DNA from: Candidatus Nitrospira inopinata
Lineage (GTDB): Bacteria > Nitrospirota > Nitrospiria > Nitrospirales > Nitrospiraceae
DNA: 32,000 nt
Direction of reading: 5' to 3'
Assembly (NCBI RefSeq): GCF_001458695.1
Contig: NZ_LN885086.1
Coordinates: 2,610,001-2,642,000 of the forward strand
Both the position numbers and the translations under genes were made by a program. Under the pieces are notes generated by a model, which saw only the letters and a list, made by a program, of their open reading frames with translations, was not told where the DNA came from and ran no database searches. Of the stretch, positions 25,130 through 32,000 are shown piece by piece (position 1 is the first letter of the stretch; each line of letters starts with the position of its first letter).

Positions 25130-26734
25130 CTATCCCATATCCCTCAACGTATGGTTGGGATTGCGGTCCCTGGCGATCGTTTTCATCAGATGGTCGCCGA
25201 ACAAGACGACCAATCGATCGCGTTGATCTCTGACGATCATCGAAGCCGACGGCGGCTTGAACGTGTCGAGATTTCCCTCCAGCCAGGCGCTGCAGCTAAA
25301 CGGCAAGGGGTCCAGAATCGTTTCAACGTGGTATTCGTGCCGCAGGCGGTACTGAAGGACGTCGAATTGCAGTCGTCCGACCGCCGCGACCAGGGGTTCT
25401 TGCCCGGCGACGGCTCTCATGATTTGAACCGTTCCCTCCTGAGCCATCTGCCGCATGCCCTTGTCGAACGTCTTCCGCTTGCCGACGTCGGTCGGCCTGA
25501 TGCGCGCGAAGATCTCCGGCTGAAACTGCGGCAGCGGCTTGAAGTTGAACCCGCCCGTCACCGAGATGGTGTCGCCGATGGCGAAGATGCCGGGATTGAT
25601 GACGCCGATAATGTCGCCCGGGAACGCTTCTTCGACCGTGCTCCGCTCTTGCGCCACCAGACTGTGCGGTCGAGACAGACGAACCTCTCGCTCAAGACGA
25701 TGGTGCTTGACGAGCATATCCCGCTGAAACCGTCCGGAGCACACCCGCAAAAACGCCGTGCTGTCCCGATGTTTGGGATTCATATTGGCCTGAAGCTTGA
25801 AGACGTAGGCGCTGAAGGGCTGCTCGATCGGATCGATAAAGAGTTCGGTGCCGTCGTCGCCGTCGGCCGGCCTGCTCCCCGGAGAGGGAGCCAGATCCAC
25901 GAACGCATCCAGGAAACTCTCGATGCCGAAATTCGTCAACGCGGAGGCAAAGAAGACCGGCGTGATCTCGCCGTGAAGAAATCGCTCTTTGCTGAAAGGG
26001 TTTCCGGCGATTTCAAGCAGCTCCAAATCATGTCGGACCTGCGCCGCCACGTCCTCGGAGAGTCGCCCGCTTCGATCAAGCTCGTCCCACGTCAATACTT
26101 CGACGTTCACCTTGGCGGCTCCTCCATGAGCCGTCTTTTCAAAGAGTTCCACGCGGCCGTCGCTTCGATTGACGATTCCCACAAAGTCGCTTCCCGACCC
26201 GATCGGCCAATTGATCGCGCTGGCTTGGATGCCCAAGGCTTGTTCCACTTCGGTCATCAGGTCGAGCGGAGGGCGGCCGGGCAGGTCCATCTTGTTGATC
26301 AACGTCAGGACCGGGATGCGGCGCATGCGGCAGACGGCGAACAACTTGCGCGTTTGCGCCTCGACGCCCTTGGCCGCGTCGAGCACCATAATGGCGCTGT
26401 CGGCCGCGGTGAGCGTGCGGTACGTGTCTTCCGAAAAGTCTTGGTGCCCAGGCGTATCGAGCAAATTGATGACGGCGTATTTGTAGGGAAATTGCATGGC
26501 CGAGGCCGTGATCGAAATGCCCCGCTCCTGCTCCATGCCCATCCAATCCGAGGCCGTTGCCTTCATCCCCTTGCGACCACGCACCATGCCGGCGGTCCGA
26601 ATCAAGCCGGAATAGAGCAAGAGCTTCTCGGTCAACGTGGTTTTGCCCGCGTCCGGGTGGCTGATAATGGCAAAGGTCCGCCGTCTGGCCGTCGCCGCGG
26701 AAAGTTCCGTCAAGAGAGAAGCATCCGTCTTCAT
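25130..26734 (-). CDS. prfC: Peptide chain release factor 3
   Basis: ..RRRTFAIISHPDAGKTTLTEKLLLYSG.I..AG.V..RK....A.SDWM.MEQERGISI..S..QF.Y....INLLDTPGHQDFSEDTYR.., 534 aa. Confidence 0.95.
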   Translation of the reverse strand: MKTDASLLTELSAATARRRTFAIISHPDAGKTTLTEKLLLYSGLIRTAGMVRGRKGMKATASDWMGMEQERGISITASAMQFPYKYAVINLLDTPGHQDFSEDTYRTLTAADSAIMVLDAAKGVEAQTRKLFAVCRMRRIPVLTLINKMDLPGRPPLDLMTEVEQALGIQASAINWPIGSGSDFVGIVNRSDGRVELFEKTAHGGAAKVNVEVLTWDELDRSGRLSEDVAAQVRHDLELLEIAGNPFSKERFLHGEITPVFFASALTNFGIESFLDAFVDLAPSPGSRPADGDDGTELFIDPIEQPFSAYVFKLQANMNPKHRDSTAFLRVCSGRFQRDMLVKHHRLEREVRLSRPHSLVAQERSTVEEAFPGDIIGVINPGIFAIGDTISVTGGFNFKPLPQFQPEIFARIRPTDVGKRKTFDKGMRQMAQEGTVQIMRAVAGQEPLVAAVGRLQFDVLQYRLRHEYHVETILDPLPFSCSAWLEGNLDTFKPPSASMIVRDQRDRLVVLFGDHLMKTIARDRNPNHTLRDMG

Positions 26735-26978
26735 TGCGTCGTGTACCTCATCCTCTGGTAATAGAGAGCAGACCGGAAACGGCTTTCATCCGACGAAGAG
26801 TACGTCGTTCGTGTTCAAATCCCTTCATGCGCGAGCACAAACGAACGCCGATCCGCGCAATGACGCGCGCCTACTGCAAAAACCGTCACAAACGCAATAT
26901 AACCGGATCTGCCGCAGCGGTACGGAGCCTGCATGAGATTCCAACGGCGTGTACCGTCATTTCAAGAAGGAGCCGACC

Positions 26979-27338
26979 ATGGTCGTACGAAAACACCCTC
27001 GATTTCCCGCGTCGTTTTCCGGAATGGTCATTCATCGGAGACAAAGTCATACTATCAGCAAATCGCTCGATCTCTCACGAAAGGGCTGCCGCGTGCAAAG
27101 CGCCTTTCCCGCGTTTGCTGGCATGAAGGTGGATCTTCAACTGAACCTTCCCGATCTCCCCGCGCCGTTGCACATTCGAGGCGCCATCGTCCGGTGGGCC
27201 GGTTCGCAGGGAATCGGGATCGAGTTTCCTCCCCTCCCCTCTCCGTACGAGCAGCAGCTCGAAGGAATTATCCGACAGCTTGAATCACGAGCGGAGCAGG
27301 GTGCGTCGCAAAAGAACCCGCTCGTCGCTTGCGCGTGA
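26979..27338 (+). CDS. Stand-alone PilZ-domain (c-di-GMP-binding type) protein
   Basis: RxxxR (RKHPR) and D/NxSxxG (DLSRKG) motifs at the expected spacing. SD AAGGAG 7 nt upstream of ATG 26979. Confidence 0.8.
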   Translation: MVVRKHPRFPASFSGMVIHRRQSHTISKSLDLSRKGCRVQSAFPAFAGMKVDLQLNLPDLPAPLHIRGAIVRWAGSQGIGIEFPPLPSPYEQQLEGIIRQLESRAEQGASQKNPLVACA

Positions 27339-27623
27339 TCATTTCGGCGACGGTCGACGCCCGATCAGATAAATGATGGCGGGAAACAGCATGGTCGTGC
27401 CGGGGAAGATCAACCGATAGCCCCACCAGGGGAGTTTGAGTTTCAGAAATCCCAATCCGAATGTAAGCAAAATCGACGCAACGACTCCATAAGCAGGCGG
27501 CGGGAACAGCGACGCGGCCTCCGGATCGTTCCGTTGCGCGAAGGCGGCGATCACTCCTTTCACCATCACATAGACCGCTACAATGATACAAGCGACGCTG
27601 TAGTACAGATTGTACTCTTCCAT
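27339..27623 (-). CDS. Small (94 aa) integral membrane protein, about three predicted TM helices
   Basis: Hydrophobic segments YYSVACIIVAVYVMVKGVIAAF, YGVVASILLTFGLGFL and TTMLFPAIIYLI. SD GAGGAA upstream of ATG 27623. Confidence 0.6.
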   Translation of the reverse strand: MEEYNLYYSVACIIVAVYVMVKGVIAAFAQRNDPEAASLFPPPAYGVVASILLTFGLGFLKLKLPWWGYRLIFPGTTMLFPAIIYLIGRRPSPK

Positions 27624-27790
27624 GCGTTTCCTCAGTTGAACACAGTGCGTTTCTTCCTATCGAACAAGAGAGCGGAAACTACCGATTCCCGATCGACTCG
27701 TCAACGCCGAATTCTGAGGCCGAATGCCGGTGAAGGTCAAGAGACTCGGTCCGTGACGACCCTGAATCGTTTCGATGAAGCCGGACGCTC

Positions 27791-27819
27791 TTGACATTCG
27801 GCGGAGCCCGCTCTATCGA
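27791..27819 (+). promoter_or_regulatory. Candidate sigma70 promoter TTGACA-17-TATCGA
   Basis: TTGACA 27791-27796, 17-nt spacer, TATCGA 27814-27819. The ATG at 27838 would leave only about a 12-nt leader. Confidence 0.45.
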
Positions 27820-27837
27820 AGAGAACCTGGTGCAGGG

Positions 27838-28779
27838 ATGAAAAACGATCTTCTAATCAGATGGGCGCGATACACGCGAGTGATGCCGGTGGTCTTAACG
27901 GTGGTCGTCTGCGTCTGTGCGTCGGGTGGCACTCCCCTTCAATCGATGGAGCCGACCAAGCCGCCGGCTTCCTCGGATCAGACACCTGTATCTCTTCTCT
28001 CAGAAAAACATGAAGGAGAGACGGCCTACATGAACGCTTGCCGTGTAAAAGGGGTCCCGGTTCCTCCGGATTGGCACGCCTCATCCTCGGAATGGGTCGC
28101 TCACGGCAACCTGAGAACCATTTTGCTGACTCCCAATCACCTCGAAACAGTTCAACCCGATGACACCACTTTCGCCAGCGTCTGGTCCTATGCTCACCCC
28201 ACCATTCGGGGGGCCTGCGTAGCGTTGGGCAGAAGCAGCGGCACCTTCGAGGTGATCTGCCAAAGCGCCGAGACGGGCTACGCTTGTTTCTGGCGAAACG
28301 ATCCGTTTTCGCCGGATAACCGCTGGACTCGCGACACATTCAGCGTGTCCCTCTCGTCTCTGCGCGATCCTGAAAAGGGATTTGCTCCCGGCACTGTGGC
28401 TTGCACCGAATGTCATCGTGGAACTAACGCCTTTCTGGTCGCCCCCGACGATCCCACCTGGGCAACGGTATTGAGACCGGCCACTCCCCGTCCCACCTTC
28501 ACAACGTTGGTGGATCGGTCGCCGGCCTTGGAACCCTCAACTGCCGGCTCAACCATCACTCCACGCCCCCGCTTTATTCCCCTTGGGGGAACAGCCGTCG
28601 CCTTGAGCAATCCCGTGCCGACCGGTCAAGGGTGCTCCGGCGTCTGCCATGAACTGCACGATGAAATATTGAAGAAGGGCCACACGGCCGAAGGCTACGT
28701 CAGGATTCCCCGTCCGATGGGACCGAATTGCGCCCGCACGTCCCCTGATCATGATCCAACGAGAGACTGTTACCGGTGA
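27838..28779 (+). CDS. Secreted Cys-rich protein with one CXXCH and one CX3CH motif (candidate c-type haem protein), family unknown
   Basis: N-terminal signal-like segment MKNDLLIRWARYTRVMPVVLTVVVCVCASGG. At least 12 Cys in the mature part. CTECH encoded at 28402-28416 and CSGVCH at 28633-28650. It is the longest ORF in the interval. Confidence 0.6.
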   Translation: MKNDLLIRWARYTRVMPVVLTVVVCVCASGGTPLQSMEPTKPPASSDQTPVSLLSEKHEGETAYMNACRVKGVPVPPDWHASSSEWVAHGNLRTILLTPNHLETVQPDDTTFASVWSYAHPTIRGACVALGRSSGTFEVICQSAETGYACFWRNDPFSPDNRWTRDTFSVSLSSLRDPEKGFAPGTVACTECHRGTNAFLVAPDDPTWATVLRPATPRPTFTTLVDRSPALEPSTAGSTITPRPRFIPLGGTAVALSNPVPTGQGCSGVCHELHDEILKKGHTAEGYVRIPRPMGPNCARTSPDHDPTRDCYR

Positions 28780-28840
28780 CCGGACGCTATTCGTCTTTCC
28801 CGCTTTTAGCCCTGTCACCGTTGCAGGAGAAATGTTCCGG

Positions 28841-31488
28841 TTAGACGAAAGAAAACTTACTGACCAGTCCGGCTAATGTCATGTTCTCCGCGATCACGTC
28901 ATGCGGGATCAGGACATATTGCCACGGCTTGCCGCCGTTGCTACGGGCATGGTCGGTGGCGCGGGCGCACCAGAGGACGGCTGCTTTCTTCTTGGCGAGG
29001 ACTTCAGGGCCGGTCATTTCGTTTCGCGCTTTGGGCTCCAGCATGTAGAGACAGTCCGTGGTCTCGGCCACAAAATCAGGCACATATTCACGGTGATCCG
29101 TGCCGACCTTATAAGAAATCTGAAACTGCCCCTGCGCCGGCTTGAACCACTTTTGCGCATCCCGGTCGAGGATAACTGCGAGCCGCCGTTCGGTGTCGGA
29201 ATCAAACTTCTGGACTGAATAGAGGCACCGTTGGAACCCGCCGAAGAGCATCTGCGGGATTCGAGTTCGACCCTCGACGGTCTGGCGAAAGTCATGAATC
29301 GGCTCACCATCCCTCGCCGTATAGGCGGAGGGCTCCAACGCGGTAAATCCCTTGCTCACCACCACATCGTAGCTCGTGGCCTTTTCCCATTGATGTTCTT
29401 GCATCTGGGCATGGACGAACGCGGCAAGCTGTTTTTGATAGTAGATAAGCACGTTCCTCGCATCCTCTTCGGAGAGATATGAGCGGAGGTGTGTAACCAA
29501 TTGGCCTGCTAGGTCATAGAGCAGGTCGGCATGGTCATCATAAGAGATATCGTCGAAATCCATGAGGCCCCGGACAATGTAATCCTCCAACCGTCGTTCC
29601 GCCTGCGGGGATCCACCGAAGCTCAAGGTCTCCTGCTGATTGGTTCGAAGGTGCTGGATCAAGAGGTCTCGCGCAACGGGCTGGTAGTGGATGCTCGAAC
29701 AATCCAGTGCAAAGGCATGAAAGCCCGTGGTCACGTCGCCTTTCGGCACCACGAGAATTCTGGGGATATCGATCGTCTGCCGCACGATTAGTTCGGCGGT
29801 CTTGGCCACGACATCGGCGATGCTCGGTGTCTCGGCCATTCCCGGAAGCACCTGTTGGGATGGCGTCACATATTCCTTCACTTCTTCGGCAATACGAGCT
29901 TGGACGCCCGGTTTCAGGAGATAACTGGAGGTCGGCAAGCTCTCGTATTTGTTGATGACCTGATACGTCGCCTCGGCAATCTTTCGCTCCACCTCGCTGG
30001 TGAAGACAACAGAATCCGCGGCAGCAAGCTGTTCCTCAATCTTTGGCTGAGCCACGACGGTCTTGGTTTTCTGGAAATCCGTGGCCGGATCGAGAATCAC
30101 CTGGGTCAGCCGGACCACTGAGTCCGGTCGATTGGCCTCATCCACAATCTCTTGGAAGCGGTCATGCGCCACGATGTTCAGCCGATCGACGGTGCTGACT
30201 CCTGTACGCCGACCGTAGGGAAGTCGAAGACCTCTTCCGATTGACTGTTCAATCAAGGTGCGAGCGTTCGCCGCCCGCAGGGGGACGATCGTGTAAAGAT
30301 TCCTCACGTCCCAGCCTTCCTTCAACATGTTCACGTGAATCACGATCTCGGTCGGTTCATCCGGGTTTTCCACAGTGAGGAGGCGCTGGACCATTTCATC
30401 TTCTTCCGCGCCGGTCCTGCTGGAGTCCACCTGAATGACCTTGCCTGTGTATCGGCCTTCAAAGAACTGGGGCGACTGAATCAGTTGCATCAGTTGACCG
30501 GCATGGGTCGTATCGCGGGCGATGATCAGCATGAACGGCTTCACCACTCGCTGCCCGGTCTGCCGGGCATAGGTTTCCAGCTCGACCTTGGTGCTCTCAT
30601 GCAAACGGACGCCATCCTCCAGCTTGATCTGCTCAAGCTGAGCGGCATTACACTGGCTAGGGTCAAAGTTCTTTTGGGTGACGACGGCCGGTTCCTTGAC
30701 GAACCCGTCCGCCATGGCTTTGGCCAAGGGATAGTCATAGATCACGTTCTTGAATGGCACAGGCCCTTTGCTCGATTCCACAAACGGCGTGGCGGTCAGT
30801 TCGAGGCCAAGGACCGGCTTCAATTCATTGATGGCCCGGACACCGGCCGATGCCCGGTAGCGGTGGGACTCATCCATCAGCAGAACCAGATCGTCCAGGC
30901 CTGCCAGATACTCAAAAAATAGCTCTGGTCGATATACTCGGAGAGCCGTTTAATTCGGGGGGCCTTGCCGCCTCGCACTTCCGAGTTGATCTTCGAGATG
31001 TTGAAGATATTGATATGGACCTCTTGGCCGAAGCCCGGTAAGGATGTGAGACGAGCGGCCACCCCGGATTCGTAGTTGTCTCCGGTGATGAGCGTCGGCG
31101 GCTCGGTCGCGAATTCGGCGATGCCCGTGAAGACGTACTTCGGCGTGTTCGGCGTAAAATCGGTAATGAGCTTGTTATAGATCGTCAGGTTCGGCGCCAG
31201 GATGAAGAAGTGCTTGATCCCGTGGGCGAGATGCAGGTAGCTGATGAAGGCGCCCATGAGGCGGGTTTTGCCGACACCGGTGGCCAAGGCGAAGCACAGC
31301 GACGGAAACTCGCGCTCGAAATTCGTCACCGTCGGGAACTCGCGGCGGATCGCCTCCAACGCCGAGGTCAGGTCGGCGCCCTTCTTGGGCGGCACGATCT
31401 CCGTCACGCGGTCGAGAATCTCCAGCGACTGGCGCTGCGGGGGTCGGAGGCTCAGCCGGCCGGCGATAGCGTTGACGTGGCGGTTCAT
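28841..31488 (-). pseudogene. Type III restriction enzyme Res subunit (SF2 helicase plus C-terminal PD-(D/E)xK nuclease), interrupted by a frameshift in a T6 run
   Basis: The N-terminal ORF (31488-30877) carries motif I (ALATGVGKTRL) and Ia (FFILAPN). The C-terminal frame carries motif II (LLMDESHR), ..LELTATP.., MLKEGWDVRNLYTIVPLRAANARTLIEQSIGRGLRLPYG and the nuclease motif YVPDF..x12..LEPK. The two frames can be joined with continuous sense only in the run at 30914-30919. Confidence 0.85.
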
Positions 31489-31505
31489 GGGGTTACGCTA
31501 CTCCC

Positions 31506-31730
31506 CTAACCGGCCGACGCGAGCTTCTTGGGACGAGTCTCAAACTGAAAATCCATTAAATTGACCGGGTGGGGTCTCTTCGAAAGATAGAGCACCTCAA
31601 TGCCGACCACTTGATTGGACTTGTCATAGTCCACAATCACACCAGGCGCAACCTCTTCCGACTCCTCCACCGGGACATCCACCAACTGCAAATGCAGCGC
31701 ATCGGCTTCTTCGTCAACTCGAAGTCTCAT
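31506..31730 (-). CDS. DUF2283-family protein (putative antitoxin partner of DUF4258)
   Basis: MRLRVDEEADALHLQL......V.VDYDKSNQVVGIEVL is the DUF2283 pattern. 4-nt ATGA overlap with the upstream DUF4258 gene; 17 nt upstream of res. Confidence 0.8.
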   Translation of the reverse strand: MRLRVDEEADALHLQLVDVPVEESEEVAPGVIVDYDKSNQVVGIEVLYLSKRPHPVNLMDFQFETRPKKLASAG

Positions 31731-31993
31731 AACCGCCTCCTCATCTTTCGATCGAAATAAAACGTGATGATCCGTAGTGGAGTCGTGTCTTTCTTCACGA
31801 TCACGCGTAAGGCCCGCCCATCATACTCCTGAATACGTCCCAACCGGTGTTCCAATTCTGCATCTACCGAATCCCCCTCCACCAATTGAGGTTGCTTCAG
31901 TACCTCTTCGATCCACTCCATGCGAATAACCGGACGCTTGCGCCGACTCTCTCTGGCGTGCTCCGACAACTCATAGAGCTTTTCTTCTGCCAT
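31727..31993 (-). CDS. DUF4258-family protein (putative toxin)
   Basis: ..SEHARESRRKRPVIRMEWIEEVL..P......D.......R...I.E.DGRALRVIVKKD..PLRIITFYFDR matches the DUF4258 pattern. 88 aa, and the start lies 7 nt from the window edge. Confidence 0.78.
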   Translation of the reverse strand: MAEEKLYELSEHARESRRKRPVIRMEWIEEVLKQPQLVEGDSVDAELEHRLGRIQEYDGRALRVIVKKDTTPLRIITFYFDRKMRRRL

Positions 31994-32000
31994 CAGGAGA

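Noticed and set aside
25151-26761. 536-aa plus-strand ORF spanning the whole of prfC
   Set aside because: It is antisense to a gene with unmistakable RF3 motifs. Its translation is Arg/Asp/His/Gly-rich with no recognisable motif, so it is a typical shadow ORF of a GC-rich gene.
1-32000. Search for CRISPR repeats, tRNA/rRNA/tmRNA/SRP/RNase P signatures, transposases, integrases and clustered DnaA boxes
   Set aside because: No spaced direct repeats, T-loop/D-loop consensus, conserved structural-RNA cores or recombinase-like ORFs were seen. There is only a single DnaA-box-like aaatccaca near 9390. Visual inspection only, so small or degenerate elements could have been missed.

Overview
About 32 kb of a compact, moderately GC-rich bacterial chromosome (high-50s % GC by eye, not computed). 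All family calls rest on motif recognition in the translations; no search was run.

I support 33 protein-coding genes or pseudogenes. One runs off the left edge and is missing from the ORF track (an EF-G paralog, 1-909, minus strand). One is a 57-codon zinc-ribbon sORF below the track cutoff. I found no rRNA, tRNA, CRISPR array, transposase or integrase.

Most of the window is housekeeping:
- radC, then rsmD-coaD-aminotransferase joined by ATGA overlaps
- an FmdB zinc ribbon
- purH, purD, tsaC and a lipoprotein, co-directional on the minus strand
- a GT2 glycosyltransferase, dnaE-accA and prfC

Five patches look accessory or unusual:
1. 17.3-21.3 kb, minus strand: a co-directional cluster of aldo/keto reductase, DUF488, an ArsI/CadI-type VOC enzyme, an ECF sigma factor with a Cys-rich C-terminal tail and no anti-sigma gene, and a flavoprotein.
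2. 21.3-25.1 kb: a lysine 6-dehydrogenase / ALDH7-type dehydrogenase / small VOC-fold cluster, preceded by a 107-aa orphan.
3. 27.8-28.8 kb: an orphan secreted Cys-rich protein with one CXXCH and one CX3CH motif.
4. 28.8-32.0 kb: a defence-type patch cut by the right edge. It holds a DUF4258/DUF2283 toxin-antitoxin pair directly upstream of a type III Res helicase-nuclease. That gene is split by a frameshift in a T6 run that is also a U_UUU_UUG slippery heptamer. No Mod methylase is in the window.
5. Three genes (dnaE, the 107-aa orphan, the lysine dehydrogenase) have -10 boxes 6-8 nt upstream of an ATG with no Shine-Dalgarno, which suggests leaderless mRNAs.

Nothing here is unambiguously a new multi-gene system. 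My best candidates are the ArsI/CadI plus Cys-tailed ECF sigma module and the TA-Res patch at the right edge. The many long antisense ORFs in the track are shadow ORFs of GC-rich genes and were rejected.
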